The notes beneath the pieces were generated by a model. The model had not been told where the DNA came from. It did not search any database and saw only the letters and a list, made by a program, of their open reading frames with translations. Shown here piece after piece: positions 1 through 8,592 of a stretch of 64,000 bases of DNA. The translations under genes and the position numbers were made by a program. Source of the DNA: an uncultured Clostridia bacterium (lineage in GTDB: Bacteria; Bacillota; Clostridia; TANB77; CAG-508); contig CANQEM010000001.1 in the NCBI GenBank assembly GCA_947594935.1, forward strand, positions 52,802 through 116,801. Direction: 5' to 3'. How positions within the stretch are numbered: the stretch's first letter is position 1; every line of letters begins with the position of its first letter.

Positions 1-687
1 TAAATCAGATGATTCATTTGCTCTACCAGAAATAATTAAAGGTGTACGAGCTTCATCAATCAAGATACTATCAATTTCATCAACGATAGCATAATGTAAG
101 CCACGTTGTACTAATTGATTTTTATAAATAACCATATTATCTCTTAAATAGTCAAACCCATACTCGTTGTTTGTTCCATAAGTTATATCACTGTTATATG
201 CTTTTTGCTTAGCACCTGGTTCCATGCCATTTATAACAAGCCCAACTGATAAGCCTAAGAATTTATATAATTTACCCATCCATTCACTATCTCTTTTTGC
301 TAGATAGTCATTGACAGTGATTACGTGAACACCTTTACCTTCTAGTGCGTTCAAATATACAGGAAGAGTTGCAACAAGTGTTTTTCCTTCTCCTGTTTTC
401 ATCTCGGCAATTCTACCTTGATGTAAAATAATACCACCTATCAATTGTACATCAAAATGTCTTAAACCTAATGTTCTTTTTGAGGCTTCTCTGACAACGG
501 CAAAAGCTTCTGGCAATATATCGTCCAAAGTTTTACCTTCTTGTAATTGTTTCTTAAAATAATCTGTTTTTTCACGTAATTCGTGGTCTGTTAATTTCTG
601 CATTTCTTCTTCCAAATCGTTTATTTGCTTAACGATTGGCATTACTCTTTTTACTTCTTTTTCGCTATATGTTTTAAATAATTTCAT
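1..687 (-). CDS. secA: Preprotein translocase ATPase SecA, N-terminal part (gene continues past the window start)
   Basis: The minus-strand translation from the ATG at 687 reads [23 protein letters not shown]...[28 protein letters not shown]...[19 protein letters not shown]. These are the SecA DEAD-motor N-terminal signatures. The reading frame is open to position 1. Confidence 0.9.
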   Translation of the reverse strand, partial: MKLFKTYSEKEVKRVMPIVKQINDLEEEMQKLTDHELREKTDYFKKQLQEGKTLDDILPEAFAVVREASKRTLGLRHFDVQLIGGIILHQGRIAEMKTGEGKTLVATLPVYLNALEGKGVHVITVNDYLAKRDSEWMGKLYKFLGLSVGLVINGMEPGAKQKAYNSDITYGTNNEYGFDYLRDNMVIYKNQLVQRGLHYAIVDEIDSILIDEARTPLIISGRANESSDL

Positions 688-838
688 TTTGCTGATTCCT
701 CCCAGTTATAATTTTACTTAGTAACTATATCATGAAAAATAAAATTTATCAATACTTTTTTGTAAATTTAAGTGGACATATTTTTTTATTTTTCGCATAT
801 CTTTTAATAATATCGTTATATGAAATGAGGGATGTTCT

Positions 839-1381
839 ATGTTTATATATAATGTAAAGGTCAATGGTGGAAAATTGTTCAAAATATTTTTTACTGCTGT
901 TGTGGTTTTTATTATTTGTATTTTATGTTTTGTTACTTTAAAAGTTTTTGGTGGAGCAAGTAAGGAAAATGATAGTTGTATCCCACAAAGTGCTGTATCT
1001 ACCATATCTGCTAATAATTACACAAATGTTTTAAAAGCTGTTCATGATAATATTGATAACTATACAGGTATTAAAATTCATTTTACTGGCTATGTTTATA
1101 GGCTACTAGATTTCTCAGATAATCAGTTTGTTTTAGCAAGAGATATGGTTGTTTCTTCTGATTTTCAAACTGTTGTAGTAGGCTTTTTATGTGATTGCCC
1201 AACAGCTCAAAATTTTCAAGATAGCACTTGGGTAGAGATAACAGGTGAAATAACAAAAGGCGACTATCATGGAGATATGCCAATTATTAAAATCACTGAT
1301 ATTAAATGTACAGATAAGCCAAATGATGAATTAGTTTATCCACCAGATGAAAGCTATATTCCAACAAGTGGGTTAATTTAA
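839..1381 (+). CDS. Hypothetical membrane-anchored protein (N-terminal TM helix, Cys-containing C-terminal domain)
   Basis: 180-aa ORF with a hydrophobic N-terminal segment (FFTAVVVFIICILCFVTL) followed by a soluble domain (FLCDCPTAQ). It overlaps the convergent HAD gene by 9 nt. No family assignment can be made from the sequence alone. Confidence 0.5.
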   Translation: MFIYNVKVNGGKLFKIFFTAVVVFIICILCFVTLKVFGGASKENDSCIPQSAVSTISANNYTNVLKAVHDNIDNYTGIKIHFTGYVYRLLDFSDNQFVLARDMVVSSDFQTVVVGFLCDCPTAQNFQDSTWVEITGEITKGDYHGDMPIIKITDIKCTDKPNDELVYPPDESYIPTSGLI

Positions 1382-2059
1382 GAAATTTACTAATTCATCT
1401 AATGATTTTATTGTAGCATCTTGGTTAAATTGTTTTTCTTCATTTCCTCTATTTATTAAAATTGCTTTCATGCCAACACTTTTTGCACCAATTATGTCTT
1501 TTTCTTCATCTCCAACATATAACATTTCTTCTGGCCTAATTTCAAAGGTTTTAAGCATTGCTTCAAAACCTTTTGAGTTAGGCTTTCTATATCCTACATT
1601 TCTTGATGTTAATTTCAAATCAATATATTGTGCAAGTGTTTCAATGTCTTTTAAAGAAAACTCATCATCCATGCCATAAGCTACATCTGTATATACACTT
1701 GTTTTTATTCCATTTTCTTTGCAATATTTTAGGATATTTTCTGCATCAGTATATACTGTTACCTCTCTTTGAAAGAAAGTATAAAATGATTTTTTGCACT
1801 CGTTTATTTTTTCTTCTTCTCCCCATTTTTTTAGTATTTCTCCAAAGATTTTATCAGAAGAAACTTCATATTCTCTTGGGTTTACTCTTGTGTTATACTT
1901 TTGCAGAATTTCTATTGCTTCGTCAATTTTTTCTGCTTCTACTAAAATATTAGTATTTTTGCACATAAATGTTAAAGCATCTTTAAATGAGCCACTCCAA
2001 TTTAGTGGCTTGTTGTAGTTTACCAAAGTGCCACCAATATCAAAACCAATTGCTTTCAT
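1373..2059 (-). CDS. HAD-superfamily hydrolase
   Basis: N-terminal FDIGGTLV (HAD motif I, DxG) and C-terminal YVGDEEKDIIGAKSVGMKAILINRG (HAD motif IV); 228 aa. Confidence 0.8.
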   Translation of the reverse strand: MKAIGFDIGGTLVNYNKPLNWSGSFKDALTFMCKNTNILVEAEKIDEAIEILQKYNTRVNPREYEVSSDKIFGEILKKWGEEEKINECKKSFYTFFQREVTVYTDAENILKYCKENGIKTSVYTDVAYGMDDEFSLKDIETLAQYIDLKLTSRNVGYRKPNSKGFEAMLKTFEIRPEEMLYVGDEEKDIIGAKSVGMKAILINRGNEEKQFNQDATIKSLDELVNFLN

Positions 2060-2112
2060 TTTATACCTCCTTTAATTTTAGTCATTATACCATATCAAAT
2101 TTTGAAAATCAA

Positions 2113-2141
2113 TTTACTTTTTTGACAATATATGATAAAAT
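2113..2141 (+). promoter_or_regulatory. Putative sigma-A promoter for guaA (TTTACT-N17-TGaTAAAAT, extended -10)
   Basis: Read directly from the sequence upstream of guaA. Match to consensus is only moderate. Confidence 0.3.
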
Positions 2142-2171
2142 TTGACTATAAAATAAATGGAGGTAATTTTG

Positions 2172-3710
2172 ATGAAAAATAATGAAATTATTTTAATCTT
2201 AGATTTTGGCGGTCAATATAACCAATTGATTGCACGTAGAGTTCGTGAATGTAATGTGTATTCAGAAGTTGTTCCTTTTGATATATCATTAGAAAAAATT
2301 AAAGAAAAAAATCCAAAAGGCATTATTTTTACTGGTGGTCCAGCAAGTGTGTATGCTGATGACGCTCCAAAATGTGATGAAGGGATTTTTTCATTAGGAA
2401 TTCCAGTTTTAGGAATTTGCTATGGTATGCAGCTTATGACACAAACATTAGGTGGCTCTGTTGCAAGGCCAGATAAGAGAGAATATGGAACTACTGATGT
2501 TCAAATTGATAATACTTCTTTATTATTCAAAGGTTTTGATACAAAAAATGGCTTTTTAATGAGCCACACTGATTATGTAGAAACACTCCCTTCTGGGTTT
2601 AAAAACATAGGATATACTTCTTCTTGCCCTAATGCAGCAATAGAAAATGTTGAAAAGAATTTATATGGAATTCAATTCCATCCAGAAGTTAATAATTCTG
2701 TTAATGGAACTCTTGTTATTAAAAATTTCTTATACAATATATGTGGTTGCTCTGGTGATTGGACAATGTCATCTTTTGTTGAAGAAAGTGTTAAAAATTT
2801 AAAAGAAAAAATTGGAGATAAAAAAGTTTTATGTGCCTTGTCTGGTGGTGTTGATTCATCTGTTGCAGCTGTTTTGGTTAGTAAAGCTGCTGGCAAAAAC
2901 TTAACTTGTATCTTCTTAGACCACGGTTTACTTCGTAAAAATGAAGGTGATGAAGTTGAAGCTATCTTTAAAAAGCAATTTGATATAAATTTAATCCGTG
3001 TAAATTGTCAAGAAAGATTTTTGTCAAAATTAGCTGGTGTTACAGATCCAGAAAGAAAAAGAAAAATAATTGGAGAAGAATTTATTAGAGTTTTTGAAGA
3101 AGAAGCTAAAAAAATTGGTACTGTTGATTTTTTAGTTCAAGGTACTATATATCCAGATGTTATTGAAAGTGGTTTAGGTAAAAGTTCTGTAATAAAAAGT
3201 CATCACAATGTTGGCGGTTTGCCTGACTATGTTGATTTTAAAGAAATTGTTGAGCCACTTAGAAGCTTATTCAAAGATGAAGTTAGAAAAACTGGTTTAG
3301 AATTAGGAATTCCAGAGAACTTAGTATATAGGCAACCATTCCCTGGTCCAGGTTTAGCAATTCGTGTTATTGGCGATATTACAGAAGATAAATTAAATAT
3401 TTTAAAAGAAGCTGACAGTATTTTCCGTGAAGAAATTGCAAATGCTGGCTTACATAAATCAATAAATCAATATTTTGCTGTTTTAACTAACTTGAAATCT
3501 GTTGGTGTTATGGGTGATGAAAGAACTTATGATTATACTGTTGCTTTGAGAGCTGTTGAAACAACTGACTTTATGACTGGTGTTTGGAGTAAAATTCCAT
3601 ATTCAATCTTAGAAAAAGTTTCTTCTAGAATAGTAAATGAAGTTAAACATGTAAATCGTGTTGTTTATGATATTACTTCAAAGCCACCAGCAACAATTGA
3701 GTGGGAATAA
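2172..3710 (+). CDS. guaA: GMP synthase (glutamine-hydrolysing)
   Basis: Class-I GATase domain ([15 protein letters not shown]) plus ATP-pyrophosphatase P-loop SGGVDSSV and the conserved C-terminus. The start is placed at the ATG at 2172, 7 nt after a GGAGG RBS; the ORF track begins 15 nt earlier. Confidence 0.95.
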   Translation: MKNNEIILILDFGGQYNQLIARRVRECNVYSEVVPFDISLEKIKEKNPKGIIFTGGPASVYADDAPKCDEGIFSLGIPVLGICYGMQLMTQTLGGSVARPDKREYGTTDVQIDNTSLLFKGFDTKNGFLMSHTDYVETLPSGFKNIGYTSSCPNAAIENVEKNLYGIQFHPEVNNSVNGTLVIKNFLYNICGCSGDWTMSSFVEESVKNLKEKIGDKKVLCALSGGVDSSVAAVLVSKAAGKNLTCIFLDHGLLRKNEGDEVEAIFKKQFDINLIRVNCQERFLSKLAGVTDPERKRKIIGEEFIRVFEEEAKKIGTVDFLVQGTIYPDVIESGLGKSSVIKSHHNVGGLPDYVDFKEIVEPLRSLFKDEVRKTGLELGIPENLVYRQPFPGPGLAIRVIGDITEDKLNILKEADSIFREEIANAGLHKSINQYFAVLTNLKSVGVMGDERTYDYTVALRAVETTDFMTGVWSKIPYSILEKVSSRIVNEVKHVNRVVYDITSKPPATIEWE

Positions 3711-3712
3711 AA

Positions 3713-4810
3713 TTATCTTTTATCAAAAATAGTTTTTATTACTCCACCATCAATCAATGTTGCAAAAATATTTTTCAGAATTATTAAAATTATTGGACCA
3801 ATTAGCATTCCCATTATTCCTAAGAATTTAAAACCTGTGTACATTGCAATTAGCGTAAATAGTGGATGTACACCAATATTTTTACTAACAAGCCTTGGCT
3901 CTAAAAATTGCCTTACTGTTGACATTATGATAAGCAGAATAATTATGGCTATTCCTAAATTTATTTCTCCGTTTATTCCGCAAATAATTGCCCATGGAAC
4001 CATAACAGTGCCAGACCCTAAAATTGGTAACGCATCAACAAAGCCAATTCCAAGCGCTATAAGTAATGGGAATTCTAGTTTGAAGCCAATAAATTTAAAA
4101 ATATATAAACCAATTAAAGATATTATGAAAGATACTAACACAAGACTTGCTTCGGCTTTTAAGTAGCCACCTAAGGTCTGTGTTAGTTCTTTTATATGTT
4201 TGCCAACTCTCATAACCCATGTTCGTGGCAAGTGATGTTCAATTTGGTCTAAGATATATATTTTATCAACACATAAGAAATAAAGAGCTATAACCGTAAT
4301 TGAAAAATATATTGCTATACTTGGGATAGATGTAACTAAATCAATTAAACCATTTAAGAAATTTCTTGCCCAATTTGAAATTGTATCTAAAATATCTCCT
4401 GTTGAATTTTCTAAGATAGTTTGAACTTCGATTGGTAATTTTATCTTTCCAAAGTCTATATTATTTAATATGTCTTGAAATAAATTATATGCTTTTTCTA
4501 TATAGCTATTTAAATCTTGTAATAAGTTAGATGCTTCTGAAAATAAAGTGAAAATTACCCATGTTAAAAGCCCTAAAATTATCAGTGAAACAACGAAAAA
4601 GATAATTATTGAACTTGTTTTTCGCGTTGCTTTTGTCTTTTTCATTATCCATTTGATTGCTGGTTCCATAATTAGATAAATTATAAATGCAATTAAAAAT
4701 GGTAGATAAAAAACCGATAGTTTTAAGGCTATAATTAGTCCTATTAAAATAAATGTAACATATAATATTCTACTTAAAACTCTTGTCCAATATGACATAT
4801 CAATAATCAT
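3713..4810 (-). CDS. AI-2E family (PerM/UPF0118) membrane transporter
   Basis: 365-aa polytopic membrane protein with the typical AI-2E architecture: about 8 TM segments, a central hydrophilic loop and a C-terminal GxG-rich TM region. Confidence 0.65.
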   Translation of the reverse strand: MIIDMSYWTRVLSRILYVTFILIGLIIALKLSVFYLPFLIAFIIYLIMEPAIKWIMKKTKATRKTSSIIIFFVVSLIILGLLTWVIFTLFSEASNLLQDLNSYIEKAYNLFQDILNNIDFGKIKLPIEVQTILENSTGDILDTISNWARNFLNGLIDLVTSIPSIAIYFSITVIALYFLCVDKIYILDQIEHHLPRTWVMRVGKHIKELTQTLGGYLKAEASLVLVSFIISLIGLYIFKFIGFKLEFPLLIALGIGFVDALPILGSGTVMVPWAIICGINGEINLGIAIIILLIIMSTVRQFLEPRLVSKNIGVHPLFTLIAMYTGFKFLGIMGMLIGPIILIILKNIFATLIDGGVIKTIFDKR

Positions 4811-4835
4811 ATATATTCCCCTATTTTAATATATG

Positions 4836-4862
4836 CAAAAAAGGCGGAAATATCCGCCTATC
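4836..4862 (-). terminator. Intrinsic terminator after the CBS-domain gene
   Basis: GC hairpin AGGCGGA-AATA-TCCGCCT at 4842-4859, followed by a U-run on the minus strand (A6 at 4836-4841 on plus). Confidence 0.75.
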
Positions 4863-4872
4863 TTGGAATTTT

Positions 4873-5322
4873 TTACTCAGCATTTTGTGCATCTGGGTCG
4901 CAGTTACAAATGTTTCCTAATGTTTCGCAAAATTCACTTTTACTTATTCTTGTTTCATTTTGACATAGGTCTCCCAAAGTTAAAATTCCGATAACATGAT
5001 TTTTATCGTCACATACTGGCAATCTTCTTATTTGTTGCTCTGACATTTTACTTTGTGCTTTTCCTATTTCTTCGTTTTGAGTACAACTACATACATTTAT
5101 TGTCATAACTTCACTAACTGGTGTTGTGTTTGCATCTTTGTTACATGCTATTGTTCTTAATAAAATGTCCCTATCTGTTACAATTCCGCATAAGCAATTG
5201 TTATTATCACATATTGGAATTGAACCTATATGATGTTCACTCATGAGTTTTGCTACCTCACTTACTTTTGTATCTGGCTGAACACAGCACACTTCATTAC
5301 ACATACAATCTTTAACTTTCAT
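4873..5322 (-). CDS. CBS-domain pair protein with Cys-rich C-terminus
   Basis: Two CBS motifs (HHIGSIPICD...GIVTDRDIL and RRLPVCDDKNHVIGILTLGDL). The start is placed at the ATG at 5322, 9 nt after GAAAGGA; the ORF track starts at a TTG at 5340. Confidence 0.75.
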   Translation of the reverse strand: MKVKDCMCNEVCCVQPDTKVSEVAKLMSEHHIGSIPICDNNNCLCGIVTDRDILLRTIACNKDANTTPVSEVMTINVCSCTQNEEIGKAQSKMSEQQIRRLPVCDDKNHVIGILTLGDLCQNETRISKSEFCETLGNICNCDPDAQNAE

Positions 5323-5401
5323 TACTATCATTCCTTTCAAAAATTCTCATTTATATTTTGGACATTTTTTGAAATTTTATGTTAGTTTTATTTGAATTAT
5401 T

Positions 5402-5435
5402 AAAAAAAGTACCTATATTCTCTCATATAGGTACT
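5402..5435 (-). terminator. Intrinsic terminator after the surface-protein gene
   Basis: 11-bp stem AGTACCTATAT / ATATAGGTACT with a 6-nt loop, followed by a minus-sense U6. Confidence 0.75.
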
Positions 5436-5442
5436 TTTCATT

Positions 5443-6864
5443 TTAGTCTTTAAAGCGTTTTCCTTTGCTTCTCCTTCTATGTGGTTTCTCTTCTTCTTCA
5501 TATTCTGGATATTCTTCTTGTTCAGTAGTATTTTCTTGATTTTGAATATCCTCTTCTCCGTTATTCATTTCTTCTTCAATATTTTCTTCTTTTTCTTCAT
5601 TTTCTTTTTCTAATTTTTCTTCATATAATGCTTTTGGTTCTTGTTCCTCTTCATCTTCCATATCAAACTCGTCTTCATCATCTTCGTAGTATTCCATTTC
5701 ATAGCCTCTTCTCTTTCTAATATATCTAACAAGTAAGATAATTCCGATTATAACAATTGCTACAACTATAATTCCGATAATAATTAAACGTTGCTGTCTT
5801 TTTTGTTTTTGCATTTCTTCTTCTGCTTTTTCTCTTGCAATTGCTTCTTCATCTACTAAGCTTTTCTTAACTGTAATTTGATATGTTACAGTCTCTTTCT
5901 CATCTGCACTCTTAACTAATATTGTAATTACATTTTCGCCTTCTTGTAAATCTTTGTTTCCGATCACTTCAATGATTTGACCTTCATCTATTGCTGTTGT
6001 TTGTACATCTAACTCTGTTTTGTCTCCAATCAATTTAGCAGTATATTCATATACATCTTTTTTAAATTCTGGTGATAATGTAATTCCATCTATTGTTAAT
6101 TTACTTAGCCCTACTTTTTGCTCTTCATCTGATACCGCTTTCTCGTCTTCAACAGTATTTTCTTCTGGCTTTTCTTCTCCGTCTTTTGCTTCTCTTGTAA
6201 TTGATAAATTATATGTAGTTTTTGTTGTTCCATCTTCTGCTGTAACAACTATACTAAATTGATTTACTCCTTCTTGTAAATCTTTTTTTCCTACACCTGT
6301 AATAGTTTGACCATTATGACCTTTATTTGCATAAATATTTACACTTGCACAATCATTTGGCACTGTAACATCATAAGATGTTTTATTTGGTGTGAAACCT
6401 TTGAAATCGTTTGGTGTAATTCCTAAATTTGAAAGCTTTGAATTGTTTGATTTATTACCTTCTTCTGTTTGAGATGTTGCAGTTGGTGTAGCCACATTTT
6501 CTTTTGCAACAATTGTTACACTTCCGCTTGTATCTGATGTTGCTCCATCACTTCCCTCAGCAGTATTACCACTCATATTGATTGTATAAGTTCCCGGTGC
6601 TGATGGTGTAAATTGGAATGTCTTTGAAACTGATTTGTTTTCTGCATTTTCAGTGGCATCTGCAAAATTTTCGTTAATAGCTCCTGAAAGATGTATTTGC
6701 CAAGCTGCTCCATTTACTGTAACTGTTATAGTTACTGTTTCTCCAACGGCTACCTCTTGCTTATTAGCTGAAATAGATGCACTTGAAGCTTGCACTGTTG
6801 AAAATTGAAAAGCAATTAAAATACATAATATTGTTGCAAATAAAAGATTTTTTAGTTTTGACAT
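5443..6864 (-). CDS. Type I membrane or surface protein with a signal peptide, two cadherin-like beta-sandwich repeats, a TM anchor and a highly acidic cytoplasmic tail
   Basis: N-terminal signal peptide MSKLKNLLFATILCILIAFQFSTVQASSA. Two repeats resemble the cadherin-like/CHB-hex type (SKLSNLGITPNDFKGFTPNKTSYDVTV and LSKLTIDGITLSPEFKKDVYEYTAKL). TM segment LIIIGIIVVAIVIIGIILLV followed by the stop-transfer RYIRKRR. The ~90-aa tail is dominated by E and D. Confidence 0.7.
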   Translation of the reverse strand: MSKLKNLLFATILCILIAFQFSTVQASSASISANKQEVAVGETVTITVTVNGAAWQIHLSGAINENFADATENAENKSVSKTFQFTPSAPGTYTINMSGNTAEGSDGATSDTSGSVTIVAKENVATPTATSQTEEGNKSNNSKLSNLGITPNDFKGFTPNKTSYDVTVPNDCASVNIYANKGHNGQTITGVGKKDLQEGVNQFSIVVTAEDGTTKTTYNLSITREAKDGEEKPEENTVEDEKAVSDEEQKVGLSKLTIDGITLSPEFKKDVYEYTAKLIGDKTELDVQTTAIDEGQIIEVIGNKDLQEGENVITILVKSADEKETVTYQITVKKSLVDEEAIAREKAEEEMQKQKRQQRLIIIGIIVVAIVIIGIILLVRYIRKRRGYEMEYYEDDEDEFDMEDEEEQEPKALYEEKLEKENEEKEENIEEEMNNGEEDIQNQENTTEQEEYPEYEEEEKPHRRRSKGKRFKD

Positions 6865-6884
6865 AATCTATCCCCCTTTCAAGA

Positions 6885-8423
6885 TTATTGAATTACATAT
6901 TTTCCTATTAAATGCTTTTGAATTAAGAATAAATCTCCCGAATTTACTTTATTATCCTTGTTAACATCCATTGCTGTTATAGCTTTTGGCTCTGTTATAT
7001 CAGATTTACCAATTAAATATTTCTTTACAGCTAGTAAATCTCCTGAATTTATTATATTGTCTCCATTGCAATCTCCCAATTTATATTCTGGTGTTGCACT
7101 TGGTTGTTCTGGTTGTGTTGGCTGTGTTTCTTGTACTGGTGTTGATGGTTTTTCAGTTGGCTTATTTTCTGTTTCTCCGTTTAGCGGGATTAGATATAGT
7201 TTATAGCTACTTTCATAGTCAAATGTTTCTCTTGCTGTCCAACCAACTTGCCCATTAGATTTTTGCACTTTATCCCAATAAGTTCCATTTATTTTTGTTG
7301 TTCCTTTTTCTAGCCTTGCTACAACTTCATCTTTCCATAGCCAAGCAACTAATGTTGCATCTTCTGGGCTTTTTCTAAGTTTTAAACTACTTGTTACATT
7401 TATTTTAACTAAATCTGATGTTGGTAAGTTGCTGTTAAGTAATTCTGGTGGTAAAGATACTGTTGTTGGCATATTTAAGTATAGTGGGATAATAAATGTA
7501 TGTGATGAATTTATTGCTCCAACAGATTGATATGTATCTCTTAAAGTAGAGCCTTCTGTTTGAGCTGCTGTTAAGTTTTGTTGATATTGATGCCAATAAG
7601 TTCCATTTGAAGTAACTGCAAATTTTTGTAAATATAATGTGTTTTGACCTTGTTTAATATATTCATTTGCTACAAATTTAATTCCACCGTCGATTGATTT
7701 TTCAAGTGTGTTCCAGCCTTGTCTTTCTGCATAAGCTAAACCATTTTGAATAATTTGACTACTTGTTGCCCCAGATGCACCTATATTGAAGGCATTATAA
7801 TATCCAGAATTACCAGAAACAAGTACAGAACCAGATTTACCTTGTTCTTGAAGTAGTCTTGCAACAATATAGTAAGCATTTATTTGATGATTATTAGCTG
7901 TGTTCACAATTCCTTGTTCATGCCCTTGCAAAAATGTTCCTTTTGTCATTGATTGTACTATTGATATTTGAGCATTTGTACCAGTTAATTCTTCAAATTG
8001 GAAAATATCTGTCTCATTTAAAAAGTTTCTTGGATCCATCATGTACTTTATCGCTGACTCTGATGCACATCTCCAACTTCCATTATCATAAGCACGATTT
8101 CCACAAATAGAACATCTCCAACTGCTATCGCGATTAGAAGATACTAAGTTTCTTGGTGAACTGTTATGACCTTGATATTCATTGGCAATTACTGTATTCC
8201 AGTCTAGGTTTGTATATAATAGTTTAAAATTCCAATTTGGATATTTGCTTTTCAAACTTTCTATGCGTTCCTTTATTCCCGGATATTTTGATGTGTTCAT
8301 CCCTGCAATATTTGCGTCAACTGATTGTGATATAGCATATACTGAATTACTAAAAAATTGCAAAACAATATATGAAATTATAGTAAATAGTAAAACTACT
8401 GCCATAGCTCTTAACTTTTTCAT
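6885..8423 (-). CDS. Secreted putative cell-wall hydrolase with an SH3b domain, a Pro/Thr linker and a C-terminal type I dockerin
   Basis: Signal peptide present. Cys- and His-containing N-terminal catalytic-type domain (SSWRCSICGNRAYDNGSWRCASESA). SH3b-like segment (GTYWDKVQKSNGQVGWTARETF). PT-rich linker. Canonical duplicated dockerin repeats (GDCNGDNIINSGDLLAVKKYLIG and MDVNKDNKVNSGDLFLIQKHLIG). Confidence 0.7.
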   Translation of the reverse strand: MKKLRAMAVVLLFTIISYIVLQFFSNSVYAISQSVDANIAGMNTSKYPGIKERIESLKSKYPNWNFKLLYTNLDWNTVIANEYQGHNSSPRNLVSSNRDSSWRCSICGNRAYDNGSWRCASESAIKYMMDPRNFLNETDIFQFEELTGTNAQISIVQSMTKGTFLQGHEQGIVNTANNHQINAYYIVARLLQEQGKSGSVLVSGNSGYYNAFNIGASGATSSQIIQNGLAYAERQGWNTLEKSIDGGIKFVANEYIKQGQNTLYLQKFAVTSNGTYWHQYQQNLTAAQTEGSTLRDTYQSVGAINSSHTFIIPLYLNMPTTVSLPPELLNSNLPTSDLVKINVTSSLKLRKSPEDATLVAWLWKDEVVARLEKGTTKINGTYWDKVQKSNGQVGWTARETFDYESSYKLYLIPLNGETENKPTEKPSTPVQETQPTQPEQPSATPEYKLGDCNGDNIINSGDLLAVKKYLIGKSDITEPKAITAMDVNKDNKVNSGDLFLIQKHLIGKYVIQ

Positions 8424-8520
8424 TTGTCTTCCTCCAACTTTTTGCTTTTGTCGATTTTATTATATCATTAGCACTTTTTTCAGTCAACAAAAAAGCTTTT
8501 TTTTACCAAAATGTAATAAA

Positions 8521-8550
8521 TTTGTAATATTTTTACATATATGATATAAT
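8521..8550 (+). promoter_or_regulatory. Putative promoter for the U32 peptidase gene (TTTGTA-N18-TGaTATAAT)
   Basis: Extended -10 TGATATAAT read directly; the -35 element is weak. Confidence 0.35.
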
Positions 8551-8592
8551 AGGTCTTGGAAATCATTAAGTTAAGGAAGGTCGTGTTGAAAA

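Noticed and set aside
5443-5760. Cohesin identity for the N-terminal ~100-aa module of the cadherin-like surface protein
   Set aside because: It is too short and has no recognisable cohesin strand pattern by eye. Structure prediction would be needed.
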